From the NCBI GenBank assembly GCA_013265495.1, contig MU057951.1, positions 161,008-225,007 of the forward strand: a stretch of 64,000 nt of DNA, read 5' to 3'. This DNA is from Vicugna vicugna. Lineage: Eukaryota. Shown piece by piece: positions 38,101 through 52,103 of the stretch. The notes beneath the pieces were generated by a model. The model was given only the letters and a program-made list of their open reading frames with translations, was not told the DNA's origin and ran no database searches. Both the position numbers and the translations under genes were made by a program. Within the stretch, counting starts at the first letter, position 1. Every line of letters starts with the position of its first letter.

Positions 38101-41100
38101 TTCTGTAGCATCCTGCTGCTTTTCTATTTAGAATAGACCTTTCAATATTTCTTTTAGCATGGGTTTAGTGTTTCTAAACTCCTGCAGCTTTTTCTTGTCT
38201 GTGAAATTCTTTATGTCTCATTGTATCCTAAAAGATAGCCATGCTATATAAAGTATTCCGGGCTGCATCTTTTTTTTCATTCAGAACTTTGAATGTATCT
38301 TGCCACTCCCTTCTGTCCTGTAGTGTTTGTGTAGAGAAATCAGCCAAGAGCTTTATGGGGGTTCCTTTGTAACTTACTTTTTGTTTTTCTCTTGCTGCCT
38401 TTAGGATCATTTGTTTATCCTTGACTCTGGCCATCTTGATTATGATATGTCTTTCTGTGTGTCTGCTTGGGTTTTTCCTGTTTGGGACACTCTGAGCTTC
38501 CTGTACTTGGATATCTGATTCCTTCTTTAAGTTTGGAACAATTTCAGTCATGATTTCTTCAAAACCTTTTCAATCCCCTTTGATCTTTCTTCCCCTTCTG
38601 GGACCCCTATTATGCGACAATTGACATGCTTTATATTATCCCATAGGTCCCTTATGCTATTTTCATTTGTTTTTATTTGTTTATCTTACAGCTGTTCTGA
38701 TTGGATGCTTTCTATTGTCCTGTCTTCTAGGTCACTAATTCCTCCTTCTGTATAATCTAGTCATCTTTGCACAGCTTTCAGATCATTCCTCATCTCAGTC
38801 AATGAGTTTACCCATTCTACTTGGCTCTTCTTTATAGCTTCAATTTCATTTTTGACATTTTTTTAATCTCTAAACACTATCTCTTTTAGTTCCTTCACCA
38901 CTTTGATCACTCCTTTTTTGAAATCTTGATCTAGTAAGGTATCAATGTCTATTTCATTCATCATTCTTTCAGGGGATTTCTCTTTTTTTTTATTGGGAAT
39001 GGTTTCTCTGCTTCTTCATCTTGCTCATATCTCTCTGGCAGTGTGGTTTGTGGAGTATCAGTTATGTATTGTGGTCCTTAAGGAGTTTATCTATCTAATG
39101 CCTATGTAGGAATAAGACTTAGGGAAAAAGAAAAAAAAGAGAGTGAGAGAGAAACAATTTTCAAAGAAGGGAGAAAAAAGGTTTGAAAACAGTGTATAAT
39201 GAATAAGTGAAGAGCAAGTTGAAGCAGAATAGCAATTGGGTTGAGACATCCTTCTAAACCCTTTGAAAAAAGGGGGGGATGAAAAGATGTATTTGAAACC
39301 TGTTTATAATCAATAACAGGACACTAAAACCCAAGAGAAATAAAAATGAATGAAGAGTAAAAATTAAGAGGGTAATAGAAAATAGAACATGTAAAAACAG
39401 AATTAAAAAATAAGAAGGGGGTCCTGTGTTCTCCTGGAGACTGTGTGCTTTCAATGTGAAGTCTTTCTATCTTTGTCCTGTTTTGGAAGCTCAGCTTGCT
39501 GTTTCCAGAGGCCCTCCATTGGCGCCTTCGTCTGTGATGTTCCCAGTGCATGTCGGCAGACAGATCGCGCCTCCTCCCAACACTGGGTTAGGTGTAGCTC
39601 TCCTTTGCTGTGGGCCGGCTGGTAACTGCCCCTCCCGATGCCGCAGTCAGATGTTGCAGACTGGCCAGGTTGGAAGGCAGGTCACGCCCCCTCTCAGCAC
39701 TGTGATCAGGGTTTGCTTTCCTGCCTGAAATGTGGGGGGCTGCCTTCCTTCTCCTAGTGCCTGTTGCTCTGCTGCTCTGTGACACTGCATGCTCCACCTC
39801 GAGTTGGCTCTCCACAGGTGGCCTCCAGGAAGCCTGAGGAACAGCCTTGTCCCTGGGCCAGAACACAGCTCCTTGTTTGTCTTGGCAGAACAAGTTCTCT
39901 GAGGGACCAGGACGGAAGGATCCTATCTGCCTCGGGTTGTAGACAAGTCTCCATCTGGCCTTTGAGGCTGCTAAGCCCTTAGGTGTGGATGCAGGTTTTG
40001 CCCCCATCCGTGCCTGGGTGCTAAGCGCCAGAGGATATGGTGGCTGTGTGTGAGCCCCGCCTCTCTTCCTCCAGAAACTTTCTGTGGGTTTTCAGAGATG
40101 GGGGTATGCACCCTTCCCCTCAGGGCACATCAGCCATGTTGTTTTACGGAGGGCCCAGGTTGTTCTGCCCTGTGCACCCACAGCCACAGCACGCAGCCTC
40201 CCAGCAGTCCCCTGGGGCAGCCTCAGTGCAGCCGCCCCCATTTTCCACCCAGTTCGGGCAGCCTGGCCATGCCCCCAGCTGCCGGCCCTCGTCTTGGGCT
40301 GGGTGTCGCAGAGACCCTCTGTGCCCTTTTAACTTAGTTCTGTCGGTCAAGGGCTGCTCTGTACAAATCCAAGCCTCGGAAGCTCCTCCTCCATCCTGCT
40401 GGCCTCTCGGTTGGAGAAGGGAGACCCAGCAATTGAGTACCAGTCTTCCTTTGCTGCTCCCTCCCCGTGGGACCTGTCTTGCTCTGCTTTGCCTTTTCTT
40501 CTTTCTTTTTTCCTTTTCTCCTACCAGATTTTCAGTGTCTCTATCTTTTGATGAAGGCGATGTTCTGTCAGAGTTCTGCAGGTGCTCTGGTTGGCTGAGT
40601 GGGTCTGTGGATGTGAGTCTTGTTGCATTTGTGGCAGAGGGTGAACTACGAGCGTCCTTCTACTCTGCCATCTTCTCTCTTCCTCCCCTCTGTGCTTCTT
40701 GTAATTGGATATTTGATTCCTTCTTTAGGTTTGGAAAGTGTTCAGTCATGATTTATTCAAGTATCTTTTCAATCCCATTTTCTCTTTCTCTTCTTTCTGG
40801 GACCCCTATTATGTGTAGGTTGGCATGCTGTATAATATCACTTAGGTCATTTATATTGCTTTGATTGATTTTTACTTGCTTTTCTGTCTGTTGTTGATTG
40901 GGTGACTTTTGCTATCCTGCCTTCTAAGTCACCTATTCATTCATCTACATTATCTAATCTGCTTTGACAGCCTTTAGCTCTGCTTGCATCTCAGCCATTG
41001 AGTTTTCTGTTTTTAATTGGCTCCTCTTTATAGTTTCTATTTCCTTTTTATAGTATTCTCTGTCTCCATTCATAGTCTTTCATATTTCCTTTATGATTTT

Positions 41101-42816
41101 ATCACTCCCTTTCATGTTTTAGTAGATTGTTGAGGTCTATCTCATTGATCATTCTTTTAGGCATCTTCTTTCATTATTTAATTGGAAGTGGTTTCTCTGC
41201 TTCTTCCTTTTACTTATATTTCTCTGAATCTATGGATTTAGATTTATAATTTATCTACTGTTGTCTTGAAGGGCTGTTTTTTTAATATTTGCTTTTATTT
41301 AAAGTGGGAACATTCCTCTGTAGACTGTGTGCATCTAATAGTTTTTTTTTGCAAGGGCTATTCTTACTCTGGATGGTTGCCAAATCATTCTTCCTTGTGT
41401 GTTGTTTTTTATCCCTTTGTTTGGGAGTGTGGTTGGTATTGTGGTGATCAGAGCCTGCCCTTATTGTTTTTGCTGAGCAAGGTCTCCTTTTTTGTTCTTT
41501 GGTTGTCACAGCCTTGACTGCAGCTAGGTCTGCTCCACTTTTGCCAGAATGGAGGCTTCTAGACCCATTCTGAGCTATAGTGTGTCATAGGCAATGTTGG
41601 ATCACTTTAGCTGGGAAGAAGGGTCTCTGAATTTATCTCTGCAGGTGATGTCCACTGGGAATTTCCCTCTCGGGTGTTGTCTGTCACTGGTTATGCATGC
41701 TCACAAGGTACTTTTTCTTGATGCTTCCTTTGCCCCTGCCTTAGCTGCCACTCACTCTGGTGTCCCCCAGGTTCTGGTCCCCTGGAACCACCAGTGCAAA
41801 TACAACAGTGTCAGGCACTAGGACCCACCATAGTGAGTCTGCAGTCACACACATGAATCTGTCATTTTCTGCACTGTCAGCACAGACACCAGCCTTGCCT
41901 CCACATATGGTACAGTACCCTGGTCTGTTGTAAGTACTGGTACTCACCCCCTATATGAGCCAGAACTCTGCTCACTACCTTTTTGTCCCAGTGGTGTGTG
42001 TCCACAAAGGGTCCAGAGAGAGTAAATACTCTTTCTTCCTGCCTGTGTCTATAAGCAAATCTCAGTCCAGCCTGTGAAGTTGCAGGGATAATGGGTATGG
42101 ATTCAGCTTTCAGCCCCACCTCCACATAGCAGCAATGGCTATAACTGAGCTACACCTCTCTTCTTGTGAGAACATACCACCAGTGTAGCCAAGTGGAGAC
42201 AAGGGCTATGGTGAGACTGTGTTGCTTTCCTCCTCCATATATACACTAGGAGTTGTGCTTTTTTATGGAGGTCCTGAGCTGTTATTTACCATACACACCT
42301 CCAGCAAGAGCTCACACCACCTTCCAGCCCCCTGAGGCTGCCTCTCTGCAGTGGACCCCAGTTCTCTACCTGGGCTCCTCACTGATCTCTGGCAGCCAGA
42401 CTTGGCTTGTCCCTGCTGGCTCATGTCTAGGGCCAGGAATGGGGACCCTTTGTGGTGGTTTCCCTTAGTTCTGTCTGCCAAGATACTGCTACTTTCTCCT
42501 CTGAGCCTCAGAAGTTCTGCTTCTGTTTCTGCTGACTTCCAGGCTGGAGAGGGTGTATCCCAGTGTGAGGGTGCCTTTCTCCTATGACAATCCCTTTCTG
42601 CAGGTCTTGCACCAATTTTTTTCTTTTTTATTATTATTTTTCTTTTTTTCTCTTACTAGACTTTATGAGAATCCTGTATTTCAAAGTAAGGGACACTCTG
42701 CCAGAGTTCAGTAGGTATTCTGTGGGATTCAATGGGTTTGCAGATATAATTCTTGGTATATTTGTGGGAAAGGACAATATATGAGTCTCTCTCCTCCAAC
42801 ATCTTGGCAGATCCCC
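29113..42816 (-). mobile_element. Older full-length LINE-1, split within ORF1 by a nested L1 (pieces 29113-33607 and 40686-42816)
   Basis: Degenerate ORF2 fragments 29502-32737. ORF1 remnant is contiguous across the 17-bp TSD. 5' end reads ggggatctgccaagatgttggagg from 42816. Confidence 0.88.
33608..40685 (-). mobile_element. Full-length (~7.1 kb) LINE-1: GC-rich 5' UTR, ORF1 (~39028-38128) and ORF2 (37726-33944), both disrupted
   Basis: 5' end gaagagagaagatggcagagtag (YY1-type gccatctt at 40667-40674). EN ORF 37148..37726; RT ORF 35488..36474 with catalytic motif decayed to YDND. Perfect TSD ccctctgtgcttcttgt at 33591-33607 and 40686-40702. Confidence 0.97.
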
Positions 42817-43529
42817 CATGACATTAATTTTAAAATATCAATTTTCTGTTGTTCTCCATTGAAACAAAGCACGGATATAATGTTAGTGAAACTTTAATTG
42901 GATGTAACTAAACTGAAAACTTCCTAAATGATCATCAAAGAGTTGTTTCCCAATCTCACAGCTGAAATATGAAACTTTTGGTGATGCTTTTTGAGAATGG
43001 AGACTGTGTAAGAGAAGGGAGACACAAGCTACTTTTGAGAAATTCAAATACACATAAAATGTAAATATAAAAGAAAAGGAAAAACAAAACAAAACAAAAC
43101 CTCACCACCCAAACATATGTCTTCCAGGAGATATGGCAATGATGTAGTTCCATATTATATAGAACTCCATGCTAGACTACCCCTAGGGAAGCAAAATTAT
43201 AACACATGTACATGCTTGGGAAAGGGACAATCTTAAAAATTAAAAAACAAAAAACAAAAAACAATTGAATGTCAGTCTTCTATTTCCTCAAAGGAATATT
43301 CTGACCAAAGAAATACCAATAAAAATACATTGGTATTTACCCCTGTTTACAGAAATTAACAGTGCTGATATTCATACCTGTCCACTAAGACATACACTTC
43401 ACCCTCAAGAACTTTTTCAAAGTCCATGGAATATCAGCTGAAAGGAGGTCTGGTTTGGAGCCAGTTTTGGGTGGAGACAAAGATCATGCCTTGAGGCAGT
43501 GGATGTCTAACTTTCAGTAGATATTAGAC

Positions 43530-43662
43530 TTTGCTGGAATGTTTGCAAAATAAGCATACTGCAAGTCCCATCTTCCAGAAACTCTAATTCAGAAGGCCAG
43601 TGATTAATTCTATAACCAAACTTGTTTCACAAGTTCCCCAGATCTTCACTTTGAGAAACAGT
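43530..43662. mobile_element. Possible MER5-like hAT fragment
   Basis: Weak resemblance (acaagttccccag...ctttgagaaacagt). Confidence 0.35.
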
Positions 43663-44445
43663 ACAATAAAACCACTTGAATCAATTTCCCTATGTTTCTG
43701 TTCCTGAAGGATTTGATGTGTAAAAATCATTTCCTTTAGCTGGAAGATTCATATTTAGCTCATATCAATCATTGAATTTAACTATTTCATATTTTCCATA
43801 TACTTAGAAAGTCATAATTATTTAATAACTAAAACCATATGTGTAGTAATAATGAGGCAACTTGGGCATTATAACTTGACATTACAACTTGGGCAATATC
43901 CTTTTATGGAAAAACACCATTCTCTTAATTTTCAATGGATTAGAATGATTTTCTTTATGATATGAACACATATCATAAAATGTTAAAAGTTGCATTTTTT
44001 AAACCGAGAGATTTAATGAACACCAAAATATGAAAGAAAAATAACAGGACATGCGATTTCTAATTCATCATCCCTCAGTCTGTCTGTACTAGAACAGCTA
44101 AACTCATCATTACCACTGTACTTAGTCACCATCTCTTTGTGTAAATTCCAAATTCTTTGCTCAGTTTATCAAGCCTAAGATAACAATCAAGCTTCTCCTT
44201 TCTTTGCCCATTCCAATGATGGCCCACTCTCTATTTCTGGTAAAGCACCCATTCATCTTTTTCTTTATAGCCCATGTCCTTATTTAAACAAGAAATTAGC
44301 AGCATCAACTTTAAACCACTCCCATTTCAGTCTCTTGGTCAACAGTATAAACTGTTGCAAAAAGTCTAGACAATGACAATGATATTGGATTTGACTTAAA
44401 GGAATCACTGGTGACTCTTACGAAAACAGAAAACTTGTACATTCA

Positions 44446-45010
44446 TTTTTTTAACATTTTTATTGATTTATAATCATTTTACAATGTTGTGTCAAATTCC
44501 AGTGTAGAGTACATTTTTCACTTATACATGAACATATATACATATTCATTGTCACATTTTTTCTCTGCGAGCTGCCATAAGATCTTGTATGTATTTCCCT
44601 GTGCTATACAGTATAATCTTGTTTATCTGTTCTACATTTTAAAATACCAGTCTATCCCTTTCCACCCCTTGCCCCTTTGGCTACCATAAGTTTGTATTCT
44701 ATGTCTATGAGTCTGTTTCTGTTTCTGTTTCTGTTTTGTATTTATTTATATATTTATTTATGTATTTATTTATTTATTTTTTAGATTCCATATATGAGCA
44801 ATCTCATATGGTATTTTTCTTTCTCTTTCTGGCTTATTTCACTTAGAATGACATGCTCCAGGAGCATCCATGTTGCTGCAAATGGCGTTATGTTGTCGGC
44901 TTTTATGGCTGAATACTATTCCATTGTAAAAATATACCACCTCTTCTTTATCCAGTCATCTGTTGATGGACATTTAGGCTGCTTCCATGTCTTGGCTATT
45001 GCAAATAGTG
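44446..45010 (-). mobile_element. 5'-truncated LINE-1 3' end with (TTTA)n after the ORF2 stop
   Basis: Minus ORF contains [23 protein letters not shown]; same 3' UTR as the other young copies. Confidence 0.93.
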
Positions 45011-45399
45011 CATTTTTAAATGGCCTTAAATTAGGAAATGTATACCAATTAGTTTGTAAACATTCCATAGAATACATTTCTATCACACTAATGGGATCAG
45101 CTAGAATGAAATCCTCCTCTGAATGAACTTGAAAAAAACAGGATAATTGTGTCAACACTCTTGACTGTTTTAAAATTGTAAACATATGACTAAAAAAAAT
45201 GTTTAGTGAAGGCTAGTCAAGTTGATCCCAAAGTTAAGCAGAACTGAGTTACCACCAAAACACACATTTTCAAAGTTCAAGCCTTTGCAGATTTCCCTGT
45301 TTTACTGAAAATGAGGCACAGCCATCCAACCCAATAGGAAATATTAGCAGTGTGGGAAGTTGTAGATTAGTAAGGCTAAAGTATTATTCTCTCATTTCT

Positions 45400-46965
45400 T
45401 TTTTAAGATTCATCTTTGTTGAGGTATAATTGACAAATAAAATTAGACATATTTAAACTGTGAAACTTGATGTTTTTATATGTGTATACATTGTGAAGTA
45501 ACCACAATCAAGCTAATTAACATATGTATCACCTCATATAGTTACTATTTTTGTGTGTGTGTGGTGAGACCACTTAAGATCTACCTGTTAGCAAATTTCA
45601 AATATACAACACAGTATCGTTAACTATAGTCACTATAGTAGATATCTAGAACTTATACATCTTGCGTAACTGACATTTTGTACACTTTGACCAACATTTC
45701 ATCATTTTTCCCAGTCCCAAACCCTGGCAACCACAATTCTACTCTGCTACTATGAGTTTGAATATTTTAGGTTCTATGTAAACCTAACATCATGCAATAT
45801 TTGTCTTTCTGTGGCTGGATTATTTCACTTACCAAAATGTCCTCCAGGTTTACCTATGTTGTCATGTGTGTCAAGATTTCAATCTTTTTTTAAGGTTGCT
45901 ACTATTCCATTTTGCATGTGTGTGTGTGTGTATGTGCCATATTTTCTTTATTCATTCATCTTTTGATAGACTCTTAGGTTGTTTCCCTATCTTGACTGAT
46001 ATGAATAATGCTGCAATGAATATGAGAGTGTAGCTATATCTTCCAGATATTTAGTTCATTTCTTTAAATATATACCCCAAAGTGGAACTGTTGGATCATG
46101 TGGTAGTTCTATTTTTAATTTTGTGGGAAACTTCCATACTAGTTTCCATAATGGCTGTACCAATTTACAGTACCACCAACAGTGTACAAGGGTTCCCTTT
46201 TCTCTATATCCTTGCTGACAAATATCTATTGTTTTTTGAAAATAGCCATTCTAACAGGAGTGCCATGCTATTTCATTGTGGTTTTAATTTGTATTTCCCA
46301 AATGAATAGTGATGTTGAGCACATTTTCATATACTTGGCCTTTTGTAGATGTTCTTTAGTGAAATGTCTGTTCGGGTCATTTGACCATATTTTATACAAG
46401 TTGTTCATTTTTTAAAATCTGAGTTATAATTTTCTTATGTGTTTTGAATATAATTTGCTTATCATATATATGGTTTGAAAATATTTTCCTCATTCTGTAG
46501 ATTGCCTTTTAATTCTATTGATTGTTTCCTTTGCTATTGAGAACTTTTTTTACTTGATGCAATCTCACTTTTCTTTTTTGCTTTCATTGCATATGATATT
46601 GGTTTCATATTTTGCAACATCGTTGCCAAGACCAATATCAGTGATCTTTTACCCTATGTTTTCTTCTAGTAATTCACTGTTTCAGGTGTTACGCTTAAGT
46701 CTGTAATCAATTTTGAGTTGATTTTTGTATATGTTGTGAGATGAGCCCATATTTCATTCTTCTGCATGTGGATATCCAGCTTTCCCAGCATCACGTGTTG
46801 AAAAGATTATCCTTTGCTCATTGTGTGTTTTGGGCGCCCTTGTTAAGGATCAGTAAGCTGTGAATAAACAAATTTATTTCTGGGCTCTATATTGTGTTCC
46901 ATTGATCTATATGTCTATTTTAACACCAACATCATACTGTTTTGATATTTGTAGTTTTGTAATTG
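45400..46965 (-). mobile_element. Old L1 3' portion (L1MA-like)
   Basis: ttgaggtataattgacaaataaaatt...gtggtgagaccacttaagatctac...agcaaatttcaaatatacaa plus degenerate ORF2. Confidence 0.8.
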
Positions 46966-48551
46966 TAACTCATTTCTTAAAACACCTTTTCATATAGGCA
47001 AAATAAAGCCTTCTAAAGATTTGAGTCAGCTTTCTTGGCTACCTTTCTTTGCCCACGTTTCTTGTCCTAAAAATGTAGAACTTTAAGTGTTTGCTAGGTT
47101 CACCTAATGGGTCAGCTACAAATTTGGACTTATTTCCAGTAAGGAGTTAAACTTCTGATTGCAAATGAGAGCTAGCAACTGATTACAAATAATTCAGTGC
47201 TGCTGTTTTCATCTCTTTAGAAGTCATTTTCCCAATCCAGCAGTTAAAAATGTCTTACTACTTTTTAATGAATTTACTTAACAACTGGCATTTGCCTATG
47301 GGGAAGTCTCTAATTGTTATCAGCTTGAAGTAATAGAGATGACCTCATTTATTTTTCCTGCTTAGCAACACAAGTCTTAGCTACTAATTAAAATAGTGTC
47401 ATAGGAAACCCTCTTCTTGTGCCATATGAGAAATGGTGGTTTATTTATATATTGTCTTCTTGTGAGAAGTTTAAAAACAATGGAAGAAATTAAAAGTTGT
47501 TAAAAATACTGAGGAAGTGATATAAAACTTTTGCAAGAAATAATTTCAGTTTGATGTTGAATATAGACAAGGATGATTTTGAGTTTTTAAATGCTCAAAT
47601 TATGGACAAAAGTTTATGAAACTGAATACTTTAACAGTGCAATATAGATAACAAAATGGCTGTGTTTGTTTGCAAAAGGGCCATATAACTTGAAATTATA
47701 GAGAAACCATGCTCATAGGAGAGTAGTTGAGAGATTTTACACAAAGTGCTCAAATAGTTGTAATGGGAACTCATTATTCTGTTTAAAGTTGGCTCTCCAA
47801 CAATACCGTGTAATCCAATTCTTTTGTTTATACCATGAGTCTAATATGTATATGATCTAAAGATCTAATAGTGTCAAGAATATGAAAGAAAGTTCAGAGG
47901 AAAAAAGAGTATTTGTATCAGCAGCAAATACTGTAGGCATAAAAATTTGTAGCACCATAATATAAAATCCACATGGATTATGCACAAATGTGACAAATTA
48001 GGAAAATGCACTGTAGCTATACTACAGGATAGTGCAGTATGTGTGTGATTTCCAACACTCTCTTTTGCCAATGTGCAGAAAGAGTAAATTCCCCTTGTTC
48101 ACATATCTTAAGCAAAGAAAAGTGAGAGAAAATTGGAAAATAGTAAGAGCTTTTCACCTGCTTCTTGCAGCCTATTGTTTCGTTTTCCCTTGATTACTAT
48201 TATTGACTTTAAATAACATGTTGCTCTGTTTAGTGTATGCCTGCCTGCTTCCTTTCAATGAAGGCTAGAACTTGAAAGTTTAGGAAATCCAAACAAAACT
48301 AAACAAAGCAAATAAATCCCTCTGCATGTATTTTGAGTGACTTAAAACTGTCACAATGCTATATAAATCAAAAATGAATCCAAAATTCTTAAAAATATTT
48401 TTTGAGCCCAGAACAGCCCTTTCAAAAATCAGGAAACTAAAGGCATTTTCTGAATTTTAAGTTAGGAATAGTTGTGACTAAAAATGTGTGTAGGGAAACA
48501 CTTTTGCATTCCTAAAAAATTAGTTATTTTCTTTTTTTAAGCATGTGTTTT

Positions 48552-48776
48552 CAAAATTTGTAGATACTGACAGGCATATGCAGAATAGATAAACAAGATT
48601 ATACTTTATAGTACAGGGAAATATATACAAGATCTTGTGGTAGCTCACAGGGAAAAAATGTGACAATGAATATATATATATATATATGTTCATGTATAAC
48701 TGAAAAATTGTGCTTTACACTGGAATTTGACACAACATTGTAAAATGACTATAATGCAATAAAAAATGTTTAAAAA
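48552..48776 (+). mobile_element. Short L1 3' UTR insertion
   Basis: L1 3' UTR motifs and A-tail. TSD aagcatgtgtttt (48539-48551) / aagaatgtgtttt (48777-48789). Confidence 0.88.
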
Positions 48777-49059
48777 AAGAATGTGTTTTAAAAGCAGCCT
48801 AGAGTTAACACAAATTAAGCCAATATTAATTTATTTGGAAATTTGGTTCATCTACTATGGCATCAAAACTGAGAAAACTTACATATGAACTTTTATATTG
48901 CTTTGAAAAAGACATTAATATGAAAGTCGATGTTCTTTTATAGTTTCACTTTGCCAACAATTATAAGAATAAGATTTTCTAAAACATGCATTCTTTGCTC
49001 TATAAAGGTGTCAAAGATGAACAAATCTAGACTAGTTAAAATGGTAAGGACAGATTATT

Positions 49060-50325
49060 TCCAGTTTTATTATGATATAATTGACATAAAGCACTATACA
49101 AATTTAAGGTGTAGAACATAATGACTTGACTTTCATATATCATGAAATGATTATCACAATAAGTTTAGTTAACATCCACCATCTCTATAGATACAAAAAA
49201 AAAGAAAGTTAAGAAAAAATGTTTTTTTCTTGTGATGAGAATTCTTGGAATCTACTCTCTTAACAACTTTCAAATATCACGTACAGCACTGTTAACTATA
49301 GGCATCATGTTGTACATTACATCCTAAGTACTTATTTATCTTATAACTGGAAGTTTGTGCCTTTTGATAATATTTATCCAATTCCTACACCCCTCATTGC
49401 CGCATTCTGTTAACCACAAACCTGATCTATTTTTCTATGAATTCATACCTATGACACATACATTCATCTGTAAATGAACACTTAAGTTATTTCCACATCT
49501 TGGCTATTACAAATAATGCTGTTATGAACATGGAGGTGCAGATATCTCTTTGACATTGTGATTTTATTTCCTTCAGATATATTCCCAGAAGTGGAATAGC
49601 TGGATAATATGGCAGTCTTATTTTTTAATTTTTTTAAAAAACCTCGATACTATTTTCCATTATGACTATACCAATTTATAATTCCACTCACAGTGCACTA
49701 GAATTTCCTGTTCTCCACATACTTGCCAGGATTTATTATTTTCTTTTTTAATGATAGTCATTTTAACAGAAGAGAGGGTATATCTCATTGTGACTTTTAT
49801 TTGTGTTTCCCTAATTATCATTGATGTTGAACACCTTTCATGTGTCTATTGGCCATTTATATATTTTCTTTTGAAGATATGTCTATTCAGGTTCTTTGCC
49901 TGTTGTTTAGGTGATTTATTTATTTATTTTTGCTATTGATTTGTATGAGTTATTTATATGTTTAGAATATTAAGCCCTTATCAGATACATGCTTTGCAAA
50001 AGTTTTCTTATTTCATAGGTTGTCTTGCATTTTATTGAAAATATATTTTGCTGTTCAGAAGCTTTTTACTGTGATGTGGTCCCATGTGTTTATTTTTTAC
50101 TTTGTTGCTTGTGCTTTAAGAGTTATTTCAAAAAAAAATCACTGCCAGGACCCATATCAAGGAAATTTTTCTTCTGTTTTCATCTACAATTTGTATGGTT
50201 TCCTACCTTATATTTAAAGCTTTAGTCCATTTCAAGTTAATTTTTGTGACTGATATAAGATAGAGGCATAGTTTTATTTTCTACAGTGAGTATACAATTT
50301 TCCCAGCACCATTTATATGATGCTG
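49060..50325 (-). mobile_element. Old L1 3' portion with an internal deletion
   Basis: gatataattgacata...aagtttagttaacatcca 3' UTR plus degenerate ORF2 end. Confidence 0.8.
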
Positions 50326-50369
50326 TCTTTTAAATTATGAATATAGTATTGCAATAAATAAAAGATTTC

Positions 50370-50881
50370 ACTGTGAACTAAACAACTTTAATTTGTACAG
50401 AGGTAACAGGGTATTTTTAAAGGAGAGGGGAAATAGGAAGGGGGTTGAGAAGAGGCTTAATAGAGGCAGGAAAATTTAAAATTTCATAGAAGAAAATAAA
50501 GGAGTGTGTTGGTCCATGTGAAATCTACTTGGACGTGTTAACTGGTGCTTATTGAAGTTAGACTCCTACCCTCATACACAGATTTGTAGACAGGTCTTCC
50601 ATCTTAAGGCGATGGCTGGAAAAACAGAATATTCTGTTGGAAGCTTATTGTTTTCTCAAGTAGGCACTTTAAGAAGGACTAGAGTCATCTTAGAGATGTC
50701 ACTTTGAGCTGTTAGAGACTTGAGCTGTATATATATTGTATATACATTATATATATTAATATTATATATATATATCTATATATATATATATTCAAGTTTT
50801 ATAGACCAAGCTTGTGGTTTAGTTGAGAAGAGGGCTTAGAAGAGCCTGGGTAAGGTTTGTTTAAAGAAGGGATTTTTGTCA
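50370..50881 (-). mobile_element. ERV1 solo-LTR-like element (MER67/MER31 group)
   Basis: Minus strand begins tgacaaaaatcccttctttaaacaaaccttacccaggctcttctaagccctcttctcaacta, related to the LTR start at 59063. Family from recall. Confidence 0.55.
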
Positions 50882-50994
50882 AAGCTCTTGTAGGTAAATA
50901 TATATTTCATATGAATAGCTTTTACACCAGCAAGCTTACTTCAATTTGGTAAATTACTTCAAGTGATTGACATTCCCTTGTGCCTTAGCTTTTA

Positions 50995-51410
50995 TGGGGA
51001 CTGAGCATTAAACCAAACAGAGTCCTTGCTCTCAAGGAGCTCATATTCTAGTGAAGGAGCAGGCTGGCAAGCAAATAAATAAGTAAATATATAATGTAAT
51101 ATCAGATTATAATAAGTATGAAAAATATGGGGGTAAGGGAAAACAGAAATATGTGATGTGAGTAGTCAATATTACAAAGGAGAGTAAAAATTACATTTGA
51201 AATGAATGGAGCCTGTCATAGGAAGATCTGGTGGAAATGCATCCCAGGTGATTAGAACAGTGAATGCAGAAGCTCTGAAGCTGGTATGAACTTGGTGTTT
51301 TAGACAACAGAAAGGCCAGACTGGTTGGAATAAACTGAGCAAGAGGAAGGACATTATAACCTATAATCTGGAGCAATCAAGCACCAGATCATAGAGGGCC
51401 TTGTAGGCTT
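50995..51410 (-). mobile_element. LINE-2 (L2a-like) fragment
   Basis: gtccttgctctcaaggagctcatattctagtg...ccagatcatagagggccttgtaggc. Confidence 0.75.
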
Positions 51411-52103
51411 GTCCATGTGTGTCAAATGAAATAAACCCACACACAACACATATGTCAAATTAATCCATACTGACAACCAAGATTTGTTGTCTGAGATGAT
51501 GGACATGAGGGAGTCCATCCTCCCACATGGTGGTTTGATATGAAACTTTGTTCAGTATTAAATCACAACAAATTGATCCACTCGGATTATCTCTCTTAGG
51601 GAGGTGAACTCAGGAAATACAGAATAACAGACAATGAGCTATGTATATACTACGGACAATAATGAACTGTTGTAACTCTCATTCTTAAGAAAGCATAGTC
51701 TTAGAACAATTTTAGCCCAAGTTGACTAAATGGCTGTTAAAATGTTTGCAAGACAGATTAGTTTTCTGGGTAGTTTAACAATAAATCCTTTTCACTGAAG
51801 GTAATCTGGGAAATCATATGTATGCTTTGTGATTTTAAATGGCCTAAAACTAGCCACCTCTTATGGTTTACTAGTCCTCTATTCTTTATTTTATGTGTAT
51901 ATGCTTCTTTGTTATTTATTAAGATAAAAATTATGGTCTCCAAGACTTTCAATTTCTTTCTGTTTGCCCAATATAATGCTTTGATTAGGCAGCTGCAGAA
52001 GTCTGGCGGAAATGAGACCTCCAGCAGATTTAAAGTTCCTTTGTATTATCAAATAGACTATAAATAAAAAGATAGGTGAGTAGTTAATTACCTTAGAAAT
52101 CTT

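Noticed and set aside
39300..40500. GC-rich region as a second host CpG-island promoter
   Set aside because: It is the 5' UTR of the TSD-bounded full-length L1.
47000..48500. Apparently unique AT-rich stretch as a possible exon or conserved element
   Set aside because: No ORF, splice structure or motif I can support without alignment.
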